Shown here piece by piece: positions 20,344-31,683 of a stretch of 64,000 bases of DNA. Origin of the DNA: an uncultured bacterium (lineage in GTDB: Bacteria > Verrucomicrobiota > Verrucomicrobiia > Limisphaerales > UBA8199); contig CAVVMW010000014.1 in assembly GCA_963749495.1 (NCBI GenBank), forward strand, positions 64,001-128,000. Reading direction: 5' to 3'. The position numbers and the translations under genes are program-made. Each line of letters opens with the position of its first letter. Within the stretch, counting starts at the first letter, position 1. The notes beneath the pieces are model-generated. The model was not told the DNA's origin. It worked only from the letters and a program-made list of their open reading frames with translations, and ran no database searches.

Positions 20344-20585
20344 GGAGTGGTTTGTATCCGTTAGCACGTGAAGTGCGGTGCTCCCGTGGTGCGGTCGATG
20401 CAGATGGTTCGGTGGCAAAAAGGCAACGGGAGTGGCGCTCGCCGTAAGGGCGGCGGGATGGGCCCGGGCGGCCGTGGAAACTGCTGTACGTGCAAAGAAG
20501 CTCATTGCGATGCCAACCATCCTCACGTGTGTCTGGAGGGGATTATGACCCCGACAGGCCGGGGAAGGCAAGGATATTCTGGGGG

Positions 20586-20880
20586 GATTGGCCGAGGGAC
20601 GAGGGGCGAGGGGCGGGGGGAGGGGGCCAGAATGACGAATGACGAATGACGAATGACGAATGACGAAGCGGCGAGGGACAGGGGGCGGGGGGAGGGGGCC
20701 AGAATGACGAATGACGAATGACGAATGACGAATGACGAAGCGGCGAGGGACAGGGGGCGGGAGGAGGGGGCGCAGTGAAACTTGAACCCGGAACCCTGAA
20801 CCGTGAACCCTGAACCGTGAACCCTGAACGGGCAACGTGACAGCATAGCCGATAGGCGATAGCCAATAGCCAAGGCGAGG
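20586..20880. repeat. Cluster of heptamer tandem repeats
   Basis: (gaatgac)n twice within a 70-bp tandem duplication, (tgaaccc/g)n, (atagcc a/g)n. Confidence 0.85.
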
Positions 20881-21197
20881 GGCAACGCGCGGATGCGCGC
20901 CCTTTGGGGTGCGGGACAAAACAGTAACCATTAGACCTGTTCATTTCCGCGTGTTCCGCGTGTTCCGCGGTTCATTCTTCTTCGGAGCTTTGCCAGCCTC
21001 GCCGGCCATGAAAACCGATCTTATTTACGCTCCAAATCGAGCGCATCGTGGCGGAGCGGGGCCGATACGGCCACGGCAACTGAGGGCAACCGCGGAAAAC
21101 GGAATACGCGGAAAACAGAGCCGCTCAGCGATCACTCGCCACTCGGCAGGATAGTGCGTTCCGCGCGATCCTGGGCGGAGGGATTCCCATCTTTGGG

Positions 21198-21440
21198 TCA
21201 ACCTTGACGAATGACAGCACAGACACGTTCTCGAACAAGATCGCGCCATGCCTCGTCCTCCTCCGGCCTTTCCCAGTCCGGACCCCAGGCCGTTTGGGCC
21301 AGGGGCAGCAGATTCTCGCGGCCCTCGTTGCGGGCGGTCTCCCTGGCCTTGAGGAAGACCAGGAAGTCCAACACTTCCTGTTTGACCAGGTCCGGGGCTG
21401 ACTCGATTTCCTTGATCAGCTCTTGTGTCAACGCGCTCAT
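21198..21440 (-). CDS. DUF2281-like small protein (putative antitoxin)
   Basis: IESAPDLVKQEVLDFLVFLK...DWERPEEDEAWRDL. Confidence 0.7.
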   Translation of the reverse strand: MSALTQELIKEIESAPDLVKQEVLDFLVFLKARETARNEGRENLLPLAQTAWGPDWERPEEDEAWRDLVRERVCAVIRQG

Positions 21441-21560
21441 GGCTCACTTTAATCGATTAGCGGGTATTTCCCAAGCATCGAGTACTCGCGGGCGGGGCAA
21501 GGTCAAGGGTATTCTGCGGTGGCTTGATGGATTTGTGGATTGGCCGAGGGACGAGGGGCC

Positions 21561-21634
21561 AGAATGACGAATGACGAATGACGAATGACGAATGACGAAT
21601 GACGAATGACGAATGACGAATGACGAATGACGAA
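21561..21634. repeat. (GAATGAC) x10 tandem repeat
   Basis: Directly visible. Confidence 0.92.
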
Positions 21635-21728
21635 GCAGCGAGGGGCGGCGCCGGGATGCGCGCTTTGAGGAGGCTGCACGTTTTGGTTGCCGGGGGGGCG
21701 GGGGCGGGTGTATGGTTCGGGCGTAGAA

Positions 21729-24700
21729 ATGCACTTGACCGTCTTGCCCGCTGTTGCCTGCCGCCCGTTCTGGTTGTGCGCCCTGATTTGCTGTCTCGTC
21801 CTGCCCGCGCCGCCGGCTGCCAGGGCGGACACCGTGGTGGTTTTCAACGAGATCATGTACCACCCCACCAACGCGGCGCTCGCCTGGGTGGAGTTGCACA
21901 ACCAGAACGCAGTGGACGTGGACCTGTCGGGCTGGTCGCTGGCGGGGGCGATAGCTTATCAATTCGCCGAAGGGACGGTGATTCCCGGCAAGGGCTACCT
22001 GGTGGTGGCTGCGTCGCCGGCCGATTTGCAGGCGGCTGCGGGCTTGACGAACGTGCTCGGGCCTTTCGCGGGCCAATTGCCCAGCGCGGGCGGGGACCTC
22101 GAACTGCGCAACAGAAACCAGCGCCTGATGGACAGCATCACTTACGGCGTGGACGGCGACTGGCCGGTCGGCGCGGACGGTTCCGGGGTTTCGCTGGCCA
22201 AGCGGGACGAAGACGCCGCGAGCGGCACGCCCGGCAGTTGGACGGTGAGCGCGCTGGCAGGGGGCACGCCGGGCCGTCGCAACTTCGCGGCTTCGCCGTT
22301 CGATGTCACCAATACAACGCCGCTGCTCATCAACAGCGCCTGGCGGTTCGATGACTCGGGCAATGACCTCGGTTCGGCCTGGCAGCAGAGCGGCTTCGAC
22401 AACAGTGCCTGGGTCTCGGGGCAGGGCCTGTTCCGGGCCGGCAGCGTGGCGCCGCCGGTGGGCAGCCCGCAATCACTGCCGACCGTCTTCAACACCGGCG
22501 TCGGCCCCAACGGCGCCGTGCTCTCGCCGGGCTCGCCCGACCCGCACTATCTGTTGACCCTCTCGGCGCAGAGCGTGCCGCCGCCGCCCTCCATCCCGGC
22601 CACCGTCATCCAGAACCATCCCGCCTGGGCCGCCAATGACGCAGTGTCGAGCTGGATCGGCCCCGTCAACCCAGGCACCGTTAGTGTGGCCGGCGGCGAT
22701 TACAACTATCGCACCACCTTCAGCCTCGATGGTTTCGACCCCTCGACCGCCTCGCTGACCATGAGCGTGGGCGCCGACAACCGGCTGACCAACGTGCTCT
22801 TCAACGGCGTCTCCAAACCAATCACTTACGTGGGATTCGCCACCCTGAGCGCCCCATTCTCGATCACCAGCGGTTTTGTGCCGGGCCTCAACACGCTGGA
22901 TTTCTTCACCGTGAACGATACCACCAGCCCCAACCCCGCCGGCTTCCGCCTCAACCTGGCCGGCACCGGGCGCAGGCTCTTTCCCGTCAACACGACTTTG
23001 TCATCCGGCCGGACGGACTATTACTTCCGGGCGACTTTTGCGCTGGGGGTCGCCCCGCAACTGGCCGCCCTGCAGTTGCGGAGCGTCATCGCGGATGGCG
23101 CTGTCTTTTACCTCAATGGGAACGAGGTCCTGCGCTGGAACATGCCGGCCGGTCCCATCACCGCCGGCACGCTCGCCGTCTCGAACGTGCCCGCTCCCGT
23201 GTATCTCGGCCCGTTCGCCCTGCCGACGGCGCCGCTGGTCACCGGCACGAATGTCCTGGCGGTCGAGGTCCATCCCGCCGCCGGCGGCGCCAACCATCTG
23301 TTGTTTGGCGCCGACCTCTCGCTCAGCGCGACCAACGTGCTGGTCCCCCCGCCGGTCACGCTCGCGTTCAACGAACTGGCCGCAGCCACGAACGCCGGGT
23401 TCTGGTTCGAACTCATCAACTACGGTTCCACCAGCCTGGACGTTCGGGGGCTGCGTGGTGGCGCGGCGTGGCGGTGTGGCGGATGCGGACTACGTGTTTC
23501 CGCCCCAAGGCGTTGCGCCGGGCGCTCTGGTCGTGGTCAGTCAGGCCGAGCTTGGCTTCAGCCCGGACCCGGGCGACCGCCTCTTCCTCTACAGCCCGGG
23601 CAGCGCCAGCGTGCTGGATGGCGTGGTCGCCCAGGCGGAGCCGCGCGGCCGTTTGCCGGACGGCACGGGGCCGTGGTGGTTTCCGACCGCGCCGACGCCC
23701 GGCGCGTCGAACTACTTCGATCTGCACCAGGACGTAGTGATCAATGAGATCATGTATCATCCCCCTGTGCTGCCCAGCGGCCAGACGCCGACCGAGTCGT
23801 GGGTGGAACTGTTCAACCGGAGCGCGAATGCCGTTGACCTGACCGGCTGGGCGCTCCAGGGCACCATCCAGTTTGGCTTTCCCCCGGGCACCGTGCTCGC
23901 GGCGGGCGGATACCTCGTCGTGGCCAAGGACGTGGCGTACGTGCAGACCAATTACCCCGGCATCACGGTCCTGGGGCCGTTCCAGAACAAGCTCCCGCAC
24001 AAGAGCGCCCTCTTGCTGCTGACCGATGCGGCGGGCAATCCCGCCAACCAGGTCTGCTACTTCGATGGCGGACGCTGGCCCGGCTACGCCGACGGCGGCG
24101 GCAGCAGCCTCGAATTGCGCGATCCCTGGGCCGACAACTCGGCAGCGGAGGCCTGGGCCGCCAGCGACCAATCCAAAAGCTGCCCCTGGAGCAACTACAG
24201 CTACCGCGCCGTCGCAACCACCGTCCAGGGCCCCGCCCAGTGGAACGAGTTCGTCATCGGCCTCCTGGACGCCGGCGAGTGCCTCCTGGATGACCTCCAC
24301 GTCGTTGAGTCCCCGGACACCACCCCCGTCGAGATGCTCCAAAATGGCACCTTCGAGACCGGCATGACTGCCTGGCGCGCCCTGGGCGACCATCGCCACA
24401 CCCGCGTCGAGGTGGACCCTGACAACCCGTCCAACCACGTCCTGCACCTGATCTCCACCGGCCCCACCGACCACATGCACAACCATCTGGAGACCACCTA
24501 CGCGGGCGGCCGCGTGGTGACAGACGGGCGCACCTACCAAATCTCGTTCCGGGCCAAATGGCTGGCCGGCAACAACCACCTCAACACGCGCCTCTACTTC
24601 AATCGCGTGGCCCGGACCACGTCTCTGCCGATGCCCTTGCTCCACGGCACGCCCGGCGCTCCCAATTCCACCTACGCCACCAACATCGGCCCCACCTTCA

Positions 24701-27117
24701 CCGCCTTGGGCCACAGCCCCATCATCCCGCAGCCCAATTCGCCTGTCACCATCAGCGCCAGCGCCGCCGACCCGCAGGGCATCAAGGCCCTGACCTTATG
24801 GTGGTCGGCCAATGGCGGGGCCTGGCAAAGCGCCCCCATGCTCGCCCAAGGCCCCTCCGCCACGCTCGGCTATGCGAATTATTCAGGGACCATTCCCGGC
24901 GGGAGCGCCGGCGACGCCGTCCAGTTTTATGTGCAGGCCACCGATGGCCTGGGCGCCGTCTCGACTTTTCCCGCCCTCGGTCCTGGCTCCCGCGCGCTCT
25001 ACAAGGTCGACCAAGCCGAGCCGCTCATGAACCAGTTGCACCGCCTCCGCCTGTGGATGACTGCCGCCGATGCCAACTTTCTCCACGCCCATACCAACGT
25101 CATGAGCGACGAATACCTCGGCTGCACCATCGTCTATGACGAGAGCCAGGTGTTTTATGACGCCGGCGTCCATCTCCAGGCCAGCGAGCGCGGGCGCGAC
25201 GACCCCTCCCGCGTCGGCTTCACCCTCAAGTTCAATCCCGAGCAGCCCTTCCGCGGCACGCAGGGACGCATCGTCCTGGACCGCTCCGGCGGCTACTCGG
25301 GGCTGGGCGGCACGCATGACGAAATCCTCCTCTGGCACGCCATGAACCATGCCGGGGGCGGCCTCCTGGGCGTGGAGTGCGACCTGGTCCAGCTCTTTGC
25401 CTCCAAGTCCGAACTGGACGGCACCGGGCTGATGCGCAAGGCCGACTTCGATACCGAGTATTTCGACGGCCAGTTCAAGAACGGCGGCAACGGCAACCTC
25501 TACAAGCTGGAGCTCTTTTATTACCCGACCACGACCGTGACGGGCGACCCGCAGGCCTGGAAACTGCCCCAGCCTGACAACGTTGAGAACGTGGACATCC
25601 AGGATCTGGGGACCAACAAGGAGTACTATCGCTGGGATTTCGTCCAGATGAATAACGCCGACGCGGATGATTACTCCCAGGTCGTGGCGTTGAACCATGC
25701 CTTCAGCCTCACTGGCTCCAGCCTGGTCGCCCAGACGACCCAGCTCATGGACCTGGATGAATGGATGCGCGCCCTCGCCTTCAAAGAGTTCACCGGCGAC
25801 GCGGACACCTACACCCACGGCCTCAACCACAATTTCAAGATCTACTTCCGCCCCGAGGACGGCAAGGCCCTGGGCCTGCTCTGGGACCAGGACTTCGCCT
25901 TCGTGCAGGACCTGAGCACCAGTTTCCCTCAAGGCAGCTCACCCAACACCTACAAGATCATCACCCTCCCCGGCAACTACCGCATCTACTACAGCCACCT
26001 CCTGGACCTCATGACCACCACCGTCAACAGCGCCCATCTCACTCCCTGGGCCACCCGGTATGCCGGCTTGCTCGGCCAGGATTGGAGCGGCGCGGTCAAC
26101 TATCTCCAACAGCGGGCTAATTTCATCCGCTCCAAGTTGCCCCTGGCGAACCCCTTCGCCATCACCAGCAACGGCGGCAAGGGTTTCGCCACCACCAGCA
26201 GCACCGTCACCCTCACCGGCACCGCCCCGTTGACCGTCCAGGGCATCTCGATCAACGGCCAGGCCTATCCCGTCACCTGGACCAGCCTCACCGCCTGGTC
26301 GTTGGCCGTGCCGCTCCCCGCCTACACCAACCTCCTGGTCGCCCAAGGCCTGGATAAATACAACGGTCTCCTGACCAACGCCCCCGCCTCGATCCTCATC
26401 ACCAACCTCAATCCCATCACCCACAAGACCGTTCTCATCAACGAGTGGATGGCCGAGAGCGCCGCCCCAGGCGGCCTGCCCGACCCCGCCGATGGCAGCG
26501 CCCAGGGCTGGCTCGAACTCTACAACCCGAACGACTCGGCCGTGGACCTCTCCGGCTGCTTCCTCTCCGACAGCCCCACCCAGCCCGGCAAATGGCCGTT
26601 CCCCGCCGGCGCCCTCATCCAACCGCGCGGCTTCCTCCTGATCTGGGCCGACAACCAGACCAGCCTCAACGGCTCGGACACCAACGGCGACCTCCACGCC
26701 AACTTCATCCTCAACCGCCTGGGCCAGACCCTCGGCCTCTATGCCTCGGACCTGACCCCCCTGCACACCGTCACCTTCGGCCCGCAACTCCAGAACGTCA
26801 GCCAGGGCCTCTTTCCCGACGGCAACACCAACGCCCTCTTTTTCATGAGCGATTGGACCCCGCGCGCCCCCAACCGGCTCGGCGCCCCCGCCGCACCCCA
26901 GGTGTGCGGACTCGTGGTCCAGCCCAACGGCGCCATCGCCTTCCAGGCCGCCGTCATCCCCGGACGCACCTACCGCGTGGACTTCAAAGACGACCTGGCC
27001 GCCCCGGCTTGGACCCCGCTCGGCACCAACCTCACCGCCACCGCACCGAGCCTCACTATCCAGGACCCCCTGGCCCCCCCACCCCACCGCTTCTATCGCC
27101 TGGTCCTGCTCCAATAG
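21729..27117 (+). CDS. Large secreted lamin-tail-domain / CotH-kinase-family protein (frameshift near 23445)
   Basis: Signal peptide; repeated (V)INEIMYHP..WVEL.N...VDLSGW modules; CotH-like GDADTY..HNFKIY..LWDQD; C-terminal GRTYRVDFKDDL..W..FYR domain. Confidence 0.85.
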
Positions 27118-27212
27118 ATTAAACATTCCTCATTCGTCATTCGTCATTCGCCATCTGCTGCCTGGGCGCGCCCCGGCGCCCTATTGCACCGGACGTTGGA
27201 TGACTTTGGTGT

Positions 27213-27288
27213 CTTTGTCGCAACCTTTGTCGCAACCTTTGTCGGATTGGGTCGGTTTCGACAAAGGTTGCGACAAAGGTCGCGACAC
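27213..27288. repeat. Inverted repeat of 12-mers (ctttgtcgcaac / cgacaaaggttg); related copies at 31436-31515 and 38663-38736
   Basis: Three intergenic occurrences in the window. Confidence 0.8.
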
Positions 27289-27300
27289 AGGTCCCGAAAA

Positions 27301-28011
27301 TCACTCAAGCTCCGGTGCAGTGCCCCGGCGTCCGCCCAGCAGGCCCGCCAGCAACACCGCGACGATCCCGGTCAGAAATATCCCGTCGAACTTTCCCGCC
27401 CCGCCGATGGATGCGACGGGCGCGCCCAAGTCCCGGAGCTTGTTCAGGTTCAGCAGGTCGGCCCCGATGAGCGTCCCGAGACTGCCGGCGATATAGGCCA
27501 GCGGCGCGGGGTTTCGGGGCGCGAGTATGAGGGCCACGATGGCCGTGATCACGGGCGCGATGAAGATGGGCACTGCAATTCCCACCCCAGCCACGGGGCG
27601 GGCCATCCAATGAACCACCAGTGTCACAAAAGCCACCGCCAGGAGGCTCTGATCATAGAGCCGGTGCCTGGCGATGAGGTAGAGCGACAGAATAAATGGA
27701 ATGACCGCCCCGCCCAGGTTGACGGCCAGGACCGTGCCCGGCGAGTTGATGAGCACGGGCACCACATATCGCATGCCAAAAGCACACACCACCTCGCCGG
27801 CGTGCCTGTGCTCCCCGGGCAGTTGCAGGATGGGGATGTTGACGAAGCTGCCCACCAGGCACAGGAACAACAGCGCCAGCACATACCGCCGGCTCACTCC
27901 CAGGCTCTCGAAGACGCACTCCAGAATCCCGATCTGGAGCAGCGTCGCCACCAAGGCCAGCACGAACCAGAATGCCAGAAAGAACAGCAGACCGATTGGA
28001 ATATAGAACAT
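27301..28011 (-). CDS. DUF1614 domain membrane protein
   Basis: GSFVNIP, AVNLGGAVIP, GTLIGADLLNL, SIGGAGKFDGIFLTG. Confidence 0.9.
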   Translation of the reverse strand: MFYIPIGLLFFLAFWFVLALVATLLQIGILECVFESLGVSRRYVLALLFLCLVGSFVNIPILQLPGEHRHAGEVVCAFGMRYVVPVLINSPGTVLAVNLGGAVIPFILSLYLIARHRLYDQSLLAVAFVTLVVHWMARPVAGVGIAVPIFIAPVITAIVALILAPRNPAPLAYIAGSLGTLIGADLLNLNKLRDLGAPVASIGGAGKFDGIFLTGIVAVLLAGLLGGRRGTAPELE

Positions 28012-28053
28012 CTTACCACTTCATAACCGGCCCGATCTGCAGTGTCAACCGGC

Positions 28054-28095
28054 TACGAAAGTTTTCGTTGACAACTACGAATAGTTTCGTATGAT
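28054..28095 (+). promoter_or_regulatory. Two BlaI-type operator palindromes overlapping a sigma70 promoter
   Basis: TACGAAagttTTCGTT (28054-28069) and TACGAAtagtTTCGTA (28076-28091); TTGACA-N16-TATGAT. Confidence 0.78.
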
Positions 28096-28114
28096 AGGCC
28101 CCGTCATGGCGATT

Positions 28115-28504
28115 ATGAAGAAATCCAAATTCCCCAAACCGACGGACGCGGAGCTCTCGATCCTGCGCGTGCTCTGGGAAAGCGGCCCCAGCACCGTCCG
28201 CCACATCTGGGAGCAGCTCAGCCCGCGGCAGCAGACGGGCTACACGACGATCCTCAAGCTGCTGCAGATCATGCTCGAGAAGGGGCTGGTCCGCCGGGAC
28301 GAGGCGCAGCGGTCCCATGTCTATTGCGCCAGCCTGCGCGAGGGGCAGGCCCAGCGCCAAGCCGTAGGGCACCTGGCCGAGCGCATCTTCGGCGGGTCCG
28401 CCCCGAAGCTGGCCATGCAGGCCCTGGCGGGCGGGAAGGCCACGCGTGAGGAGTTGGCGCAGATCCGGCGGCTGCTCGACAAGATGGAAGGAGGGGCCAA
28501 ATGA
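28115..28504 (+). CDS. BlaI/MecI/CopY family repressor
   Basis: PTDAELSILRVLWESGPSTVR..GYTTILKLLQIMLEKGLVRRDE; start may be 28106. Confidence 0.93.
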   Translation: MKKSKFPKPTDAELSILRVLWESGPSTVRHIWEQLSPRQQTGYTTILKLLQIMLEKGLVRRDEAQRSHVYCASLREGQAQRQAVGHLAERIFGGSAPKLAMQALAGGKATREELAQIRRLLDKMEGGAK

Positions 28505-30801
28505 GCTTTGTCACGGGGCTGGTGGACCACCCGCTGGCGCAGCGTGTGGGGTGGGTTTTGTTGCACTCGATCTGGCAGGGTGCCGTGGCGGGGGCGGCCT
28601 TTGGGCTGGCGCGGCACGGGTTGCGGCGGCGGTCGGCCCAGGCGCGGTACGCGGCGGGGTGCCTGGCGTTGGCGCTGCTGGCGGCGGGACCGCTGGCGAC
28701 GGTGGTCCTGTGGCCGGCGCTGGCGCCGCCGGGGCAGAGCGGTCTGGCCGCCCAGGGGGCGGCGGGATTATCGGCGCTGGTTTCAGGCCCGGCCCGCGCC
28801 GCCGCCTCGATCGGGGACGGCACTGATTCGCTGTTGCGGCTGGGAGCGGAGTGGTGCTGGCGGCTGTCGCCCTGGGTTGCGGCGGCGTGGGCGCTGGGGG
28901 TAGCGGTGTGCGTGGTCAGACTGCTGCGCGGTTGCCTGTGGGCGAGGCGCATTCGGTCGAGGCAGACGGAGACGGTTGGGCCGGCATGGGTTGGGGTCGT
29001 GGACGACCTGCGGCTTCGGCTGCGGATCAGCCAGCCGGTGCGGTTGCTCAAATCGGCGCTTGTGGAAGTGCCGACGGTCATCGGGTGGCTCAGGCCGGTC
29101 ATCCTGCTGCCGGCGGCGGCCTTGAGCGGGCTGGCGCCGGAGCAACTGGAGGCCATCCTGGCGCACGAACTGGCCCACGTCCGCCGGTTCGATTACCTGG
29201 TCAACGCCTGCCAGTGCATCATCGAGACCCTGATGTTCTATCATCCGGCCGTGTGGTGGATTTCGAGTTGCGTGCGGGAGGAGCGGGAGAACTGCTGCGA
29301 TGATTTGGTCGTGCAGGTCTGCTCGAACCGGGTGGCCTACGCCCGCGCCCTGGCGAGCCTGGCCGAATCCAGCACCGGGCTGACGGGATTGGCCTTCGCG
29401 GCGAGCGGGGCGCCGCTGCTCACTCGCATCCGCCGTTTGCTCGGCGTCGAGGGCGAAACCTGCGCCTTCACGACCCGTCAACTGACGGGTCTGGGCCTGT
29501 TGACCCTCGGCCTGCCGCTTATCCTTGCCGGCGTGTGCCTGCTGCTCAGCACTTCCTCGTTTCGGGCCACGGCGCGCATCCGCATAGACCGGGACGCTGC
29601 GGACGGGGCGACGGCGCCCGGAACGAAGGACAACGCCGCTTCTTATGACCCTTACTTTGTTCAAACCGAATTCGAGGTCCTCCAGTCCGAACTGATCCTG
29701 GGCAAGGTGGTTGACGACCTGGGCCTGCGGGAGAAATGGGGCAAGAAATACGCCAACGGCGAGAGGCTCAGCCCCCAGGAGGCCGTCGGGTTGCTCAAGG
29801 GCCATATCTCCTTACGTCCCGTGCGCAACGCGAGGGTCGTCGAAATCCAGGTCTATAGCGAGAAACCCCAAGAGGCCGCCGATCTCGCCAATGCCATCGC
29901 CCTCGCCTACCGCCAATACCGCGTCCAAGCTACGACCCTGCGGGGCAAGGGCGCGGTCGCTGCCCTGATCTTCCAGCTCAAAGAAAAGGAAGCCGAGGTC
30001 GCCGCGGCCCGGACCAACCTGGACTTCCTGCGCCGGACACTCAAGATCCCTGATTCGAGCGCGGGCGAACCCACTGTTGGCCCACTGATCACCGCCGAGT
30101 CACTCCGCCAGATCAACGTCCGGCGCCTCGAGTACGAGGCCGAACTAGCCCAACAAAACTCCCTCGTCGAGCGCCTCAATGCCTTGACACCTGACGAATT
30201 GACCCACGCCCTGCCCACCGTCGTCTCCGGAGAGACCTTGCTGCCCTCACTCCTCGAACAGAAGGGTTTTGCCGACCAAAGACGGCTGGAGCTTGAAAGA
30301 GATTTCGGCAACGACCATCCGGACGTCGTCAAGGCACGCGTCTCGCAAGCCGACCTCCAGACCAAGATCCAGGCACGGGTCCAAGGCATCATGAAAGCCC
30401 TCGATGTCAAGGCCCAAGCCACGGCACAGGGCCTGAACACTTTCAGCAACCTGGTGGAAGAGGCCAAGTTGGAGGACATTAAGAAGGCCAACGAAAGCCA
30501 GTCCTACTTCGACGCCAAACGCAAGCTCGACGAACTCCTGACGTTCCGTGGCATGCTCGAAACCAAGATCGGCCTGGAGAACGTGGACTTGGCACTGCCC
30601 AAGACGCTCATGGTGACCCTCATCGACTACGCGGTTCCGGCCCGGCATCCCATCTCGCCCAACCGTGTGCTGGCCCTCACGCTCATCGGCTCGGGACTTC
30701 TCCTGGACCTGGCTGGCGCCCTGCTGTTGCGCGCCAGGCCCCGGCCAGGCTTGGCAGATACTTGCGGCCCAACGGGTCGCCAGAACTTAGCCCAGGGCTG
30801 A
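28501..30801 (+). CDS. BlaR1-like M56 peptidase fused to a Wzz/GumC-like coiled-coil domain
   Basis: HELAHVRRFD..EREENCCDD; then QTEFEVLQSELILGKVV, FGNDHPDVVK, IDYAVP..PISPNR + TM. Confidence 0.85.
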   Translation: MSFVTGLVDHPLAQRVGWVLLHSIWQGAVAGAAFGLARHGLRRRSAQARYAAGCLALALLAAGPLATVVLWPALAPPGQSGLAAQGAAGLSALVSGPARAAASIGDGTDSLLRLGAEWCWRLSPWVAAAWALGVAVCVVRLLRGCLWARRIRSRQTETVGPAWVGVVDDLRLRLRISQPVRLLKSALVEVPTVIGWLRPVILLPAAALSGLAPEQLEAILAHELAHVRRFDYLVNACQCIIETLMFYHPAVWWISSCVREERENCCDDLVVQVCSNRVAYARALASLAESSTGLTGLAFAASGAPLLTRIRRLLGVEGETCAFTTRQLTGLGLLTLGLPLILAGVCLLLSTSSFRATARIRIDRDAADGATAPGTKDNAASYDPYFVQTEFEVLQSELILGKVVDDLGLREKWGKKYANGERLSPQEAVGLLKGHISLRPVRNARVVEIQVYSEKPQEAADLANAIALAYRQYRVQATTLRGKGAVAALIFQLKEKEAEVAAARTNLDFLRRTLKIPDSSAGEPTVGPLITAESLRQINVRRLEYEAELAQQNSLVERLNALTPDELTHALPTVVSGETLLPSLLEQKGFADQRRLELERDFGNDHPDVVKARVSQADLQTKIQARVQGIMKALDVKAQATAQGLNTFSNLVEEAKLEDIKKANESQSYFDAKRKLDELLTFRGMLETKIGLENVDLALPKTLMVTLIDYAVPARHPISPNRVLALTLIGSGLLLDLAGALLLRARPRPGLADTCGPTGRQNLAQG

Positions 30802-31133
30802 GGCCGCCAGGCCGATGCCCTGGGAACATGCCCCCGGAAGATTAGGCGCGCCCTGAAAGATTTCCCCAAACGAATTCGCGCTTTGCGCCCCTGAACCTCG
30901 ACGTTGCGTCCCCGTCCCGCGTAGCGTTTTGGACTGCGGCAGTCCTCTGCCGCTTTTGTGTCCCCTCGCTGGCGACGCGAAAGCGGCAGAGGACTGCCGC
31001 AGTCCAAAACCTTCGGAGTTGGTGTCGGTTCCTGGGGTGGGCGCCAGAGTGCTCTGGCGCCCCTTCAGGGCGCGCGCTCCGCGTTTGTGGCGAAACCCAG
31101 GGCATCGGCCTGGCGGCCTCAGCCCTGGGCTAG
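30789..31133. repeat. Nested palindromic element: outer IR (agcccagggctgaggccgccaggccgatgccctggg) enclosing inner IR 30926-31010
   Basis: Inner IR (ttttggactgcggcagtcctctgccgcttt) recurs at 47794-47881; the outer arm recurs at 31545-31580. Confidence 0.8.
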
Positions 31134-31683
31134 GCTCTGCCGGCCCTTTGGGCCGGTGCGCGGACGGCGGCGTCCGTGTCCGAGGCCATCTGGCACAAGG
31201 CAGGCAAGGCGGACTCGATAATGTCAAGAGGCGGTTGCAGGATTAACCGCAAAGAACGCAAAGAACGCAAAGAAACGCCTTCATTCCAGGCTCTTTGTGT
31301 TCTCTGCGATCCTTGCGGTTAATTTCGCCACTGCCTCTAAGTGGTCACGAACCTAAGGAGTTGCTATGCGTATGGAACTGTGGCGAACCCCAGGGCATCG
31401 GCCAACTGCACCGGACCTTGAGCGACCTTCACGACCTTTGTCGCAGCCTTTGTCGAAACCTTTGTCGAAATCGGTCTGAGCTCGACAAAGGTTGCGACAA
31501 AGGCTGCGACAAAGACACCAAAGCCATCCGAAGTCAGGTGCAGTAGGGCATCGGCCTGGCGGCCTCAGCCCTGGGCCAGGCTCTGCCGGTCCGCTGGGCC
31601 GGGGCGCGGACGGCGGGTTGCCGCACTAATTTCTGCTGGATTTCCCGGGGCGGAAGACTCACGCTCCGGCCGACGCGGACGAG

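Noticed and set aside
20134..20931. 265-aa minus-strand ORF ending at the cas3 start
   Set aside because: Composed of heptamer translations (FVIRHSS) and runs through the promoter and the regulatory RNA; no recognisable domain
31029..31047. TTC + ctggggtg..cgcca resembling a target of the 4328-4364 trailer spacer
   Set aside because: Mismatches at positions 9-10, lies in a repeat stack, and the upstream repeat is too decayed to trust processing
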